Shown here piece by piece: positions 37,912 through 50,370 of a DNA stretch of 64,000 bases. Below the pieces are notes generated by a model. It had not been told where the DNA came from. It did no database searches and saw only the letters and a program-made list of their open reading frames with translations. Within the stretch, counting starts at the first letter, position 1. The number at the start of each line of letters is the position of its first letter. The translations under genes and the position numbers were made by a program. The stretch comes from Trueperaceae bacterium (GTDB taxonomy: Bacteria > Deinococcota > Deinococci > Deinococcales > Trueperaceae), in contig OZ243913.1 of assembly GCA_965213705.1 (NCBI GenBank), positions 1,568,001 to 1,632,000 on the forward strand, read 5' to 3'.

Positions 37912-37929
37912 GGGAAAAGTGGGGAGGTA

Positions 37930-37986
37930 GGGGAGAGGAAGTAGGGGGGTAAGAGCTTTGGTTTTACTCCCCTACTTCCTCTCCCC
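37930..37986. repeat. Purine/pyrimidine inverted repeat (about 25-bp stem) after gyrA
   Basis: GGGGAGAGGAAGTAGGGGGGTAAGA / TTTTACTCCCCTACTTCCTCTCCCC. Confidence 0.75.
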
Positions 37987-37996
37987 ACTTCCTTAC

Positions 37997-40543
<2,547 letters not shown>

Positions 40544-41147
40544 TGCGGTGTCGTTGAGGCGAACGGGGGTTCAACCGAGGTCGAGAACGTGTGACGCCGA
40601 ACATTTAAGTCTACCACTCGCGGCCCCATCCTGTACGCTCCTGAAAAACAAGCGAGGGTGTGTGCTGGACGCGGTTTCGGAAGGTCGGCAAAAAGGGGCG
40701 AAGGCTTTCAGCGGGTGGCTCTGCTACCTGCGCCGAGGTACGCGGTTGTCGCGTCGCTACCTCGGCAGGTGACGCGCTCGAGCGCGCTCTGTTAGGTACT
40801 CGCACGCGGGGTAATCCCGTTACTACAGTGGGTGTTTCAGGCGCAACGACTGTGCAAAGATGGCTCATGCCCGCGTTGTCCCCGCCGACCGAACCCGAAT
40901 TGCCCAAAGGAGGTGTGGGCGTCCTGTCGAAGGTTTGTTGCCACGCGACCCTGCAAAAAGCCGACCCAGCCGTTTCGACCAGCACCAGCCGGCTGCCTCG
41001 AGCGCCCAAACGGGACGACGCCGGGCGGGTTGCGGGCCACTCGCCCAAAAAGTGCTCAGGTGCGGTTTTCGGTGCGGACTTTGGCAACCTCGTTGCGCCA
41101 CCGAACACGCGTCGGCGCGTCGTCGAGGCGCACCCGGAGGCCCGGCC

Positions 41148-42410
41148 GTGTTAGACCGAGTCGCACAGCAAACCGCACGCCAGACCGCACAGCAGACCGC
41201 ACGCCAGACCGCAGGGGAGCCTGCAGAGAAGACCACAGAGAAGACCGCAAAAACCGCAGCCGAGCCGCTCGCCCCGGCAACGGTCCGTGTCCTGCTCGTT
41301 GACGACGACGAGGTCGACCGCGAAGCCGTTACGCGGCTGCTCAAGCCCCCCCACGAGGTCCTGAAAGCGCCGACGGGTCGGGCGGCGCTCGGGCACCTGC
41401 GCGCAACGCCGCCCGACTGCGTCCTGCTCGACTATTTGTTGCCGGACTCGGACGCGTTTCAACTGCTGGAACGGTGCGTCGAGGTGTACGTGCCGGTGGT
41501 GGTTCTGACCGGTGAGGACAGCCCGGAGCTTATCGTCAGCATGTTGCAGCGAGGTGCGCAAGACTGTCTGGTCAAAAGCCAGTTGAACAAACGCGGGCTC
41601 GAGGCGGCCATCCACAACGCCGTCGAAAAAGTCGCCTTGCGCCGCGACTTGGACGTTAAACAGCGCTTACTCGCCTTGCAAGCGGAGGCGCTCGAGACCA
41701 AAAACCGGCAACTCCGCCAGCTCGCCTCGGACCTGACCTTGGCCGAGCAGCGAGAACGTCACCAGATTGCCCATGTGCTGCACGACGACTTGCAACAGCG
41801 TCTTTACGGGGTGAGGTTGCTCCTGCGCGCGGTGCAGCGCGACGTGCTCGGTCAGAACATACCGGGTCAAAACATACCGGGTCAAAACGTGCCGGGTCAA
41901 GGCTCGGCGCTAACGCACTTGCAGGAAGCTTACGACCAACTCGGCGAGGCTTTGCAAGCTTCGCGGCAACTCACGGTCGACTTGAGCCCGCCGGTTTTGA
42001 AAGGTGAAGGGTTGCTGGAAGCGTTGGGCTGGCTGGCTTCGCAGATGCGGGAGCGCTTCAACTTGCAGGTCGAACTCGAGAAAAAGAGCGATGTGCCGTT
42101 GCCGAGCGAGGCCATGCGTATTTTGCTGTTCCAAATCGTGCGCGAACTCCTCGCCAACGTCGCGGCCCACGCGGCTGTCGACCGGGTGCGAGTGACCTTG
42201 CAAGTTCAAGACGAATTCGTCTACGTGTCCGTCGCGGACGAGGGCCGGGGGTTCGACCCCGGGCTGCTGGCCGCGACACCTCCTTCGGCGGGGTTCGGTC
42301 TCTACGCGGTGCGCGAAAAGCTCGCCCTGTTCGGCGGCGGTTTCGTGGTGGAGTCCAGTCCGGGCCACGGCACCCGCGCGACGCTGACCCTACCGGTCGC
42401 CAACCTGTAG
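41148..42410 (+). CDS. Receiver plus HisKA_3 hybrid histidine kinase
   Basis: GGAGG RBS and GTG 41148; LLVDDD..VLLD REC; ERHQIAHVLHDD; DEGRGF. Confidence 0.85.
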   Translation: MLDRVAQQTARQTAQQTARQTAGEPAEKTTEKTAKTAAEPLAPATVRVLLVDDDEVDREAVTRLLKPPHEVLKAPTGRAALGHLRATPPDCVLLDYLLPDSDAFQLLERCVEVYVPVVVLTGEDSPELIVSMLQRGAQDCLVKSQLNKRGLEAAIHNAVEKVALRRDLDVKQRLLALQAEALETKNRQLRQLASDLTLAEQRERHQIAHVLHDDLQQRLYGVRLLLRAVQRDVLGQNIPGQNIPGQNVPGQGSALTHLQEAYDQLGEALQASRQLTVDLSPPVLKGEGLLEALGWLASQMRERFNLQVELEKKSDVPLPSEAMRILLFQIVRELLANVAAHAAVDRVRVTLQVQDEFVYVSVADEGRGFDPGLLAATPPSAGFGLYAVREKLALFGGGFVVESSPGHGTRATLTLPVANL

Positions 42411-42440
42411 CCCCAAACCTGTAAACCAAAAAGGTGTGAT

Positions 42441-42833
42441 GTGACCTACCAACTCTTTGTTATCGACGACCACGACGCCATGCGACGGGCGCTGGTTCGC
42501 TTTTTGAACGGGGAAGCCAACCTGAACGTCTGCGGCGAGGCGGCCTCCGCCCGAGAAGGTCTGCAACGGCTCGAGACGCTGACCCCCGACCTCGTTTTGG
42601 TCGACATGTCGATGCCCGAAATGAACGGGGTGGAGTTTGTGACGGCACTTCACGAGACGAACCCCACACTGCCTTGCCTCATGGTCTCGGCCCACGCCCA
42701 AAAGGACTACGTTCGCGCCGCGTTGCAGGCGGGCGCGCGCGGTTACGTGATGAAAGAAGACCCGCTCGACGTCCTCACGGCTATCTTTCAGGTCATAGGT
42801 GGCAAGGTGTACACGGGAACGGGCAAAGTTTGA
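42441..42833 (+). CDS. Single-domain NarL-type receiver protein
   Basis: VIDDH, LVLVDMSMP, GYVMK; ends without an HTH. Confidence 0.88.
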   Translation: MTYQLFVIDDHDAMRRALVRFLNGEANLNVCGEAASAREGLQRLETLTPDLVLVDMSMPEMNGVEFVTALHETNPTLPCLMVSAHAQKDYVRAALQAGARGYVMKEDPLDVLTAIFQVIGGKVYTGTGKV

Positions 42834-42891
42834 GCGAGTTTCGGGCATTCACTCTTGTTGCGCAGGCGCGGGCCTGAACAGCTGTCCGTCT

Positions 42892-43989
42892 TCAGCGCTC
42901 CCTCTTTTTCGGGCCGAAGCCAACCCGGACGGCAACGGCCAGGGACAAAAGCAGCAGCGTCGTCGACAGGCCCAGCGCCCCGACCGGCCCACCCAGCAGG
43001 TCGCCCGCCAGACCGCTCAAGCTCGGCCCCACCGCCTGCCCCACCGCAAAACAGGCGGTGGACAAACCCATCGCCCGCGCCCAGCCGCTCGGCGGCAACA
43101 GCTTGCGGAACACGTCGGTCAGCGCCGTAATCACGCCCAAAAAACTGATGCCGAAAACGAACGCCGACAACCACGGCGCACTGACCACGAGCGGGTAGAC
43201 GCTCGCCACGGCCAGACAGGCCAGCACAAGTTCCAAACTCCGCACCCCGCCGAAGCGCTCGACCAGCGGCCCCCAGGCCAGCCCGGTCAGCGACGCGCCC
43301 AGGCCGAGCACCGCCCAAAACGGGATAATGGGCACGGTGAGGCCGGTCGTCACAAAGGTCATGTAGCCGATATAGCCCGCCCCGTAAAGCCCGTAGGCGA
43401 CGAGGAGCGGCACGATGGGCCGCAAGCTGCCGTCGCCGCCGACCGCGCGGGCCGCGGGCTCGGCCAAGCCGCCCTGGGCCAGGTAAGCGACCAGGCTCAA
43501 CAAGACGGAAAGCGCGGCCAGGAGCAGCCAGCCCGTTCGCCAACTCGTCATCAGCGGCAACACGGCCGGCGACAGCAAGATGCCGATGCCCACGCCGCCG
43601 AAGTACATCCCCGTCGCCAAACCCCGCCCGCCGCTCGCCAACAGCAGCGCAGCGCCGCCGACGAACACGAACGCGCCGAGCACGCCCTGAACGAAGCGCA
43701 AAACGAGCAGCAGGTAAAAATCCCCGCCGAAAGCCAGCAGCGCTAAACTCAGCGCCTGCAGCCACAGCGAGGCGTAGAGCCCGCGCCGGTAACCGGTCGC
43801 GTAGAGCACCCGGTGACTGACAAGCGCGCCGAGGAGGTAACCCGCCGTGTTCGCGCTGCCCAGAACCCCGGCTTGAACGTAGCTGAGGCCGAGCGCAACC
43901 TGCATCGCGGGCAGTACCAGCGCGTACGCGAAACGCCCGACGCCCAGAGCGGCGGCGGGCGCAAAACCGAGGAGGAAGCCGAGGCGCAT
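42892..43989 (-). CDS. YbfB/YjiJ-family MFS transporter
   Basis: GVGRFAYALVLPAM, SANTAGYL; ATG 43989. Confidence 0.85.
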   Translation of the reverse strand: MRLGFLLGFAPAAALGVGRFAYALVLPAMQVALGLSYVQAGVLGSANTAGYLLGALVSHRVLYATGYRRGLYASLWLQALSLALLAFGGDFYLLLVLRFVQGVLGAFVFVGGAALLLASGGRGLATGMYFGGVGIGILLSPAVLPLMTSWRTGWLLLAALSVLLSLVAYLAQGGLAEPAARAVGGDGSLRPIVPLLVAYGLYGAGYIGYMTFVTTGLTVPIIPFWAVLGLGASLTGLAWGPLVERFGGVRSLELVLACLAVASVYPLVVSAPWLSAFVFGISFLGVITALTDVFRKLLPPSGWARAMGLSTACFAVGQAVGPSLSGLAGDLLGGPVGALGLSTTLLLLSLAVAVRVGFGPKKRER

Positions 43990-44147
43990 TAAAGTACCGA
44001 GGACCGAGTAGAAAGTAAAAAGTAAAAAGCGAAAAACAGAGTCAAGAGTGTTTGCTCCTCCGCTCTTCTGCTCTTTGCCCTTCGTGAAGGGAAAGCCTCG
44101 AGCGCACACGGCATGATAACGCCCGCGGGCCTGCTAAACTCAGCGCT

Positions 44148-45503
44148 ATGGCTTCTTCAACTATGACCCCGCGAGTTATCCCGCGAATCACCGTCGTCGG
44201 CGCGGGCTTAGCCGGGAGCGAGGCGGCGCTGGCCGCGGCGCGCTACGGCGTTCACGTCGACCTGTTCGAGATGCGTCCCGTCAAAACGACCCCGGCCCAC
44301 CACACCGACAAGTTCGCCGAGTTGGTGTGCTCGAACAGCTTCGGCGGCGAGGGCGAGACGAACGCCAAAGGCTTGTTGCAAGCCGAAATGCTGGCGGCCG
44401 GCGGCCTCATCATGACCGCGGCTTGTCGAAGTCGGGTGCCCGCCGGGGGCGCGCTGGCGGTCGACCGCGAGGCGTTCGGTGAGCTGGTGACCGGCACGGT
44501 CAAGCAGCACCCGAACATTACCGTTCACAGTGAAGAGCTGACCTACGTCCCCGAGGGCGTCACCGTCGTCGCCTCGGGACCGCTCACCTCGGACGCGCTG
44601 GCCGAGAGTCTGCGCGAACTCGTCGGGATGGACTTTCTGGGCTTTTACGACGCGGCCGCCCCCGTCATCGAGGCCGACAGCATCGACATGAGCGTCGCCT
44701 ACCGCAAGGGCCGCTACGACCAGAGCGCCGACTACCTCAACTTGCCCTTCGACAAGGCGCAGTACGACGTCTGGTATGAAGCGCTGCAACAGGCTCGAAA
44801 GCACACGCCGCACGAGTGGGAGAAGCTGGAATTTTTCGAGGGTTGTATGCCGATTGAAGAAATCGCGCGGCGCGGCTATGACACGCCGCGTTTCGGACCC
44901 ATGAAGCCGGTGGGCTTGGAGCACCCCGACACGGGCAAACGCTTTTTCGCGGTCGCGCAACTGCGCCAGGAAGACGTGCGCGGCCAGATGTACTCGCTCG
45001 TCGGCTTTCAGACCGGTTTGAAGTGGGGCGACCAAAAAGAGGTGCTGCGGCTCGTGCCGGGCTTAGAAAACGCCGAGGTCGTCCGCTACGGCGTGATGCA
45101 CCGGAACACCTACCTCAACGCGCCGAAACTTTTGTCGCCGGAACTGCACTTGCGCGAGCAGCCGCGCGTCTTCGTCGCAGGCGTGTTGGCCGGGACGGAA
45201 GGCTACTTGGAGTCTTCGGCGACGGGCTGGCTGGCGGGCACGAACGCGGCGCGCTACGCGCTCGAGTCCCCCCTCGTCCTGCCCCCCGAAGAGAGCATGT
45301 TGGGCGGCCTAGCGCGCTTTTTGGCGACCGCGCAAACTGAGAACTTCCAACCGATGAACGCCAACTGGGGCTTGGTACCCGCGTTGCCCAAACAAAAAGG
45401 CGAGGGCAAACGCGAGCGGCGCACGCGCACCTACCGGCGCGGCCTGGCGGCGTTTGAGAGCTGGCTCGAGACCGTCCGGGCGAAGGAGGAGGTTCCTCTC
45501 TGA
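44148..45503 (+). CDS. trmFO: Folate/FAD-dependent tRNA (U54) methyltransferase
   Basis: GAGLAGSEAA, AELVCSNS, VGFQT, YGVMHRN, EGYLES. Confidence 0.96.
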   Translation: MASSTMTPRVIPRITVVGAGLAGSEAALAAARYGVHVDLFEMRPVKTTPAHHTDKFAELVCSNSFGGEGETNAKGLLQAEMLAAGGLIMTAACRSRVPAGGALAVDREAFGELVTGTVKQHPNITVHSEELTYVPEGVTVVASGPLTSDALAESLRELVGMDFLGFYDAAAPVIEADSIDMSVAYRKGRYDQSADYLNLPFDKAQYDVWYEALQQARKHTPHEWEKLEFFEGCMPIEEIARRGYDTPRFGPMKPVGLEHPDTGKRFFAVAQLRQEDVRGQMYSLVGFQTGLKWGDQKEVLRLVPGLENAEVVRYGVMHRNTYLNAPKLLSPELHLREQPRVFVAGVLAGTEGYLESSATGWLAGTNAARYALESPLVLPPEESMLGGLARFLATAQTENFQPMNANWGLVPALPKQKGEGKRERRTRTYRRGLAAFESWLETVRAKEEVPL

Positions 45504-45570
45504 CTTTGCGGATGCGCCGAGGTACACTGGACAAAGGAACGAGTAACCAGCACAGTTTAGGAGGCTCCAC

Positions 45571-45765
45571 ATGCCTGAAATATTTACCGGTGAACATTCC
45601 CTGATAACAGCCATCATGGTCGTGCTGATTTTGGGCGCGTTTCTGACGATTTCTCTGGTGATGTTGTGGGCACCCTCGAGGCCCTTTCCCAGCCCCAAAA
45701 AAGAGTCCGAGCCGCGCCCCGACCAAAGCCCGAAGCAAAAAACTAAGGCGAGACGAAAACGTTGA
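45571..45765 (+). CDS. Small single-TM protein
   Basis: AGGAGG RBS; hydrophobic segment plus basic tail. Confidence 0.55.
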   Translation: MPEIFTGEHSLITAIMVVLILGAFLTISLVMLWAPSRPFPSPKKESEPRPDQSPKQKTKARRKR

Positions 45766-46024
45766 GCGTCCGGCTCGAGTCCGTTATTGACGGCCGCTTA
45801 ACCTCGGCGCGGGTTTGGGCGCGGCTGGGTGACGCGACTGACGGCAAGAAAACAGCAAAGCGTTCGTACGTGGCGTTACCTCGGCAAAGACCGTGAAACC
45901 GGGGACGGTCGGCGTTTTACGGTCGGCATTTCACAGCCGGCATTTCACAGCGGGTAGTGGCCCTGTTTGCGAGACTTGTGACGAAACCGCGAGTTTGCAA
46001 CGAAACGGCTGCTAAGCTACAGGT

Positions 46025-46078
46025 GGCAAGCGGGTCATCATCCCCTTCGACGTGGACTAACCCGCTTGCCCTTCTTTT
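46025..46078 (+). ncRNA. Candidate small RNA / terminator hairpin
   Basis: TAAGCT 46013-46018; 11-bp stem GGCAAGCGGGT/ACCCGCTTGCC; C-rich loop; CTTCTTTT tail. Confidence 0.4.
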
Positions 46079-46217
46079 CAAAATTTGGGCCGAATCTCCC
46101 GAAAACTCTTCTTGTCCACCCCGAGAAAAGTGCGTCGTGCTTGAAGCGCGCAGACCCTTTCTAAATTCACCGGTGCTGCTGAAGATTTCGCGCCCGAAGG
46201 TAAAGTAAACTTTCGGT

Positions 46218-47018
46218 ATGGAACTCTATCTGGGCACCGGCGGCTACTCCAACGACGACTGGCTCGGCCTCCTCTACCCGCCGGGCACGAAAAAGGGGCG
46301 GTACCTGGAGATTTACGCGCAGCACTTCAACGCGGTCGAACTCAACAGCAGCTTTTACGCCGTTCCCGGCATCAAAGCCTTTCAGGGCATGGTGGACAAG
46401 AGTGGGGCGCGGGTGCGCTTCGCGGTGAAAGTCCACCAGAGCGTCACGCACTCGCGCGACGCCGACGCGGACACCTACGCGCGGCTCGTCGAGTCGGTCG
46501 CGCCGCTACGCGAAGTGGGGATGTTGGGGCCGTTTCTGGTGCAGTTCCCTTACTCGTTTCACCGGACGCCGGACAACCGGGTGTACTTGAAAAACTTGGT
46601 CGACCGCCTGAGCGGTGAACGCCTGGCGGTCGAATTTCGCAACGAGGCGTGGCAAGTCGAAGACGTCATAGAGGCTTTTGAAACCCTGGGGCTGACCTAT
46701 GTAAGTGTGGACTACCCGCAGGTGTCGGGGATGCCCGCGCCCGAGTTGCACATTACTTCTGACGTTGTCTACCTACGGCTGCACGGCCGCAACGAGGCGA
46801 GCTGGTACGGCGGCAAAACGGCGGCCGAGCGGCACGACTACCTGTACACGCCCGACGAACTGCGGAGTTGGGTGTTGGGCATCAAAGAAAAAGAAGACGC
46901 GCTGACCGAAGTTTACGTGATGTTTTTAAACACCACGAAGGGCCACGCGCTGAAAAATTTGAAGATGCTCAAGGAGTTGTTTGCAGAGGTCGGCTTGAAC
47001 GCGCCCATCAATCCCTGA
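46218..47018 (+). CDS. DUF72 family protein
   Basis: GTGGYS, VELNSSFY, QFPYSF, VEFR, YLRLHGRN. Confidence 0.92.
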   Translation: MELYLGTGGYSNDDWLGLLYPPGTKKGRYLEIYAQHFNAVELNSSFYAVPGIKAFQGMVDKSGARVRFAVKVHQSVTHSRDADADTYARLVESVAPLREVGMLGPFLVQFPYSFHRTPDNRVYLKNLVDRLSGERLAVEFRNEAWQVEDVIEAFETLGLTYVSVDYPQVSGMPAPELHITSDVVYLRLHGRNEASWYGGKTAAERHDYLYTPDELRSWVLGIKEKEDALTEVYVMFLNTTKGHALKNLKMLKELFAEVGLNAPINP

Positions 47019-47033
47019 GGTTAGCCTGAGAGC

Positions 47034-47552
47034 CTACCTGTGCCGAAAGACTTCAAAGACCAAGTGGCTCAGCTCGTCTCTGAGCAACTTGTCCCAAGCC
47101 GTCTTGACCGCGTTGGACGACCCCGGCAGCGCGAACAGCAAGCCGCCCTCGGCAAGTCCGCCCACGGCTCGAGACAGCATCGCCGCAGGGCCGACTTCGT
47201 TGTAAGAAAGCACCCGGAACAGCTCGCCGAAACCGGGCATGGGTTTGACTATCAAGGACTCGACAATCGGCACGGTGAAGTCGCGCCCCGCGATGCCCGT
47301 CCCGCCCGAGGTGAGGACGACCTGAGCGTCGCTTTTGAGCAAGCGCTCCAAGGTTTCGCGGATTTGCTCGCGGTCGTCTTTGACGAGCACACGCTCGCTC
47401 AAGGTGTGGCCCGCGGCTGCCAAAGCCGCCTCGAGATAATCCCCGCTCGAGTCCGTCTCTAAGGTGCGGGTGTCGCTGACGGTGACGACGGCGACTCTTA
47501 CGCTGTCCGGCCCGGCGGCGCGGTGGGCGTCGCGCCCGCTGCTCGTTTTCAC
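47034..47552 (-). CDS. moaB: MoaB/MogA molybdopterin adenylyltransferase family
   Basis: [25 protein letters not shown]. Confidence 0.9.
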   Translation of the reverse strand: MKTSSGRDAHRAAGPDSVRVAVVTVSDTRTLETDSSGDYLEAALAAAGHTLSERVLVKDDREQIRETLERLLKSDAQVVLTSGGTGIAGRDFTVPIVESLIVKPMPGFGELFRVLSYNEVGPAAMLSRAVGGLAEGGLLFALPGSSNAVKTAWDKLLRDELSHLVFEVFRHR

Positions 47553-47625
47553 GCGCTTGCTTTCATAGACGAACAGCTTAGCAGACGGGCTCGAGCCGCT
47601 TCAACCTCGCCCGCCGCCTCAGCAC

Positions 47626-48522
47626 TCACCGGGTCGAAGCCTCGCCGTTTGCCTTCAGCGTAAAAAGGGTGAGTTCGGGTGGGGCGTTGAGCCTCAAAGG
47701 CACGACGCTGAAGCCGATGCCCCGGTTGATGTAGAGCCGGTTGCCCGCCGCGCCGTAGTTTTGGATGAAGCCGTCCGCGTGAACCTCGTCCTCCCTGGTG
47801 TAAGACATCCAGGTCCAGGAGGGTGTAAAGGGCAAGCGAAATTGCCCGCCGTGGGTGTGCCCCGCGACGGCCAGCGGCGCGGTGTCGGCGGGAAACGCTT
47901 TGAACGATTCCGGGTGGTGCATGAGGACGATGCGGGGGGCGTCGGCCGGCACGCCTGCGAGGGCGGCTTCGGGCCGGTCTTCGGCGGCGACGTGCGCGCC
48001 CACACCGACGATGTAGAGGGACGGTGACCCAGTCGTTTGAGTGGGGAGGGGGGCGGCTTCGTTTTGAAGCACCGTGATACCTGCGTCCTCCAACGCGCTT
48101 TGCACCGCACCGGCGAGTGCCGTGTTTTTCGGAGCTTCGCTGGTAGGCATGGCGTAGTCGTGGTTGCCCAGGACCGCGTAGGTGGGGATGCCCGCGCCGA
48201 CCAAAGGTGCGACCAGAGAGACCGCTTCGGCGATGACGGGGCTCGAGCTGTCCACGTGATACACGAAGTCACCCGCGATGAGCACAGCCGCCGGTTTTTC
48301 CTCGACCAGCCTGGCAACGATGCGCTGCACCGTCCAGGTGTTGCCGAACCACATCCCGACTTGCAAGTCGGCAATCACGGCGACCTGTCGGCCCTCCAAA
48401 GAGGCCGGAAGGTTGGGAAGCTGCACCTCGTAGGACTGCTCGTCGATAAAGTAGGGCTCGGCCACACCCCAAACGAGAAAAAGGCCGACGAGGGCGAGAA
48501 GGGTAAACAAAAATCGTTTCAT
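47626..48522 (-). CDS. Membrane-anchored metallophosphoesterase
   Basis: ADLQ, AGD, LGNHD, AGHTHGGQ; leaderless ATG 48522. Confidence 0.88.
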   Translation of the reverse strand: MKRFLFTLLALVGLFLVWGVAEPYFIDEQSYEVQLPNLPASLEGRQVAVIADLQVGMWFGNTWTVQRIVARLVEEKPAAVLIAGDFVYHVDSSSPVIAEAVSLVAPLVGAGIPTYAVLGNHDYAMPTSEAPKNTALAGAVQSALEDAGITVLQNEAAPLPTQTTGSPSLYIVGVGAHVAAEDRPEAALAGVPADAPRIVLMHHPESFKAFPADTAPLAVAGHTHGGQFRLPFTPSWTWMSYTREDEVHADGFIQNYGAAGNRLYINRGIGFSVVPLRLNAPPELTLFTLKANGEASTR

Positions 48523-48630
48523 CCCTGCATGATAGCCCAGGAGCATTTGACACGACACCTGCGTTCACCGCTGCGAAACCGAGGCGCGCTCGCGCGGTAA
48601 ACTAATCCTTAAGAAACGCTTGGAGGCACC

Positions 48631-49758
48631 ATGCAAGAACTCATCAGGCTCTTGAGCGCGGTCGAAGCGGCTCGAGCGGCCGGTCAACAGGCCGCTGTCG
48701 CCACCGTCGTGCGCGTCAAGGGTTCGGCCTACCGCCGCGAAGGCACGAAAATGCTCATTGACGCCGCCGGCAACCAGGTCTGCATGATTTCGGGCGGTTG
48801 TTTGGAGCAGGAGGTCGGCGAAGTCGCCCAGCGCGTCATGGCGACGGGCGAGCCCGTGGTGAAGTTCTTCGACCTCGACGAAGACCTCGTGTGGGGCCTC
48901 GGTCTCGGCTGCGGGGGCTCGGTGGACGTGTACATCGAGCCGTTCGACGAAGGCCGCGAGAACGCGCGCTGGTTGCAAGCGCTGAAAGAAGGGCGGGCCG
49001 CTGCCTTGGCGACGGTCATCGAAGCGGACTCGAGCCTCAAAGGAAAGCGCATGTTCATCGACTCGAGCGGCGCGACCCTCGGCAGTTTGGGAGACGAAGA
49101 GACTGACGCTGAGTTTGTCTTACGCGCGCGTGAAAAGACGGCCCAACTCTACCCGCGTTCGGAAACCGTGACGGTTCAGGCGCAGGGCGGCCGCGCCGAT
49201 ATTTTCTTAGATGTCAACGTGCCCCCGCCTGAACTCGTCGTGTTCGGCGCGGGTCACGACGCGATTCCCGTGGCAAGCTACGCGCACGAGTTGGGCTTCA
49301 AGACGACCGTCGTGGACGCGCGGCACGCCTTTGTGACCGAAGAACGCTTTCCCCACGCGGCGCTGGTGCGCACCCACCCGTCGGGCTTTGCCGACAAGGT
49401 GGAGGTGGGGCCGCGTAGTTCGGTGGTGATTATGAACCACCACTTGGAGCGGGACAAAGAAAGCCTCGCCTTCGCCCTCACCACAGCGGCACCCTACATC
49501 GGCGTGCTCGGGCCGAGTTCGCGCTTCGAGCGGATGCAGGATGCCTTGAAAGAAGAGGGCCGTGGCTTGACTGAGGCAGACTTGAACCGCGTGCGCAACC
49601 CTATCGGCCTGGACATCGGGGCTGACTCGCCCGCCGAAATCGCCATGAGCATCATGACCGAACTGCTGGCGCTGCGCGGCGGCTACGCAGGCGGGTTTTT
49701 GAACGACCGGCGCGGGCCGATTCACACGGACCGACCCCTGCGGGAGCCGGTTTCGTAA
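48631..49758 (+). CDS. XdhC/CoxF-family molybdo-hydroxylase maturation factor
   Basis: GSAYRREG, SGGCLE, GLGCGG, GAGHD, PIGLDIG. Confidence 0.92.
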   Translation: MQELIRLLSAVEAARAAGQQAAVATVVRVKGSAYRREGTKMLIDAAGNQVCMISGGCLEQEVGEVAQRVMATGEPVVKFFDLDEDLVWGLGLGCGGSVDVYIEPFDEGRENARWLQALKEGRAAALATVIEADSSLKGKRMFIDSSGATLGSLGDEETDAEFVLRAREKTAQLYPRSETVTVQAQGGRADIFLDVNVPPPELVVFGAGHDAIPVASYAHELGFKTTVVDARHAFVTEERFPHAALVRTHPSGFADKVEVGPRSSVVIMNHHLERDKESLAFALTTAAPYIGVLGPSSRFERMQDALKEEGRGLTEADLNRVRNPIGLDIGADSPAEIAMSIMTELLALRGGYAGGFLNDRRGPIHTDRPLREPVS

Positions 49759-49805
49759 AAAAGCGACGATCAGCTTTACAGACGATCAGCTTTACAACTG
49801 GACGC

Positions 49806-50339
49806 CTATAGCCAAACCGCCGCATCTTCTGGAAATGACAGTGGCGCAATGGGTTCAGAAAAATCCACGCGCGTAACGCTGCGGTAGCGGTCGGCGACCG
49901 GGTCGCGGTGAACCAGCCACTCGCTCGTCTTCAAATCGGCAACCCAATACTCGCGGATGCCCGCGGCGGCGTATTTCTCGAGCCTTCCTCCTGTATCGGC
50001 AGCCAGGCTCGTGTTGGACACTTCAACAAGGAGAAGTACGTCGTCGGGTTGAGGCCGCGTTTGGCGGTACGAGCGGCGTTTTAGGAGCATCACGTCGGGG
50101 TGGGGCAGCCACAGAGGGTCGCCGATGTCGAGGGCGTTTTGGCTGCGCACTCGAGCCCGGTCTGCAAACGCTTGCACAAAGCGTTCGTGTAGTTCGTCGA
50201 TAACACCTTCGTGGTTGGGGTTGGCCGGACTCATGGTGTAAATCACTCCGTCCAACAACTCGACCTTCTGGTCGGTGAACAAGCCTGCCTCGGCCATCGT
50301 CGTGAAGTCGTTTACCGTAAAGGTGCGCTGCTCGAGCAT
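49806..50339 (-). CDS. Uma2/DUF820 putative endonuclease
   Basis: ELLDG, PHPD, LLVEVS, YAAAGIREYWV. Confidence 0.9.
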   Translation of the reverse strand: MLEQRTFTVNDFTTMAEAGLFTDQKVELLDGVIYTMSPANPNHEGVIDELHERFVQAFADRARVRSQNALDIGDPLWLPHPDVMLLKRRSYRQTRPQPDDVLLLVEVSNTSLAADTGGRLEKYAAAGIREYWVADLKTSEWLVHRDPVADRYRSVTRVDFSEPIAPLSFPEDAAVWL

Positions 50340-50370
50340 CTTAATGGCAGTTTAGCCTATCCTCAAACCC

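Noticed and set aside
40860..41147. N-terminal extensions in the ORF track (kinase 40860, GH15 26122, cysD 15593, yihY 27702, pip 53493, GNAT 56680)
   Set aside because: They overlap other genes or repeats; better starts are supported by RBS or -10 position and family N-termini
45882..45912. c-di-GMP-I riboswitch (GGCAAA..GAAA..GACG)
   Set aside because: Lacks CGCAAA and the second hairpin; the pairing register is wrong
49765..49796. 16-bp direct duplication GACGATCAGCTTTACA (also GGCATTTCACAGC twice near 45925)
   Set aside because: Two adjacent copies only; a simple slippage duplication, not CRISPR or a target-site duplication
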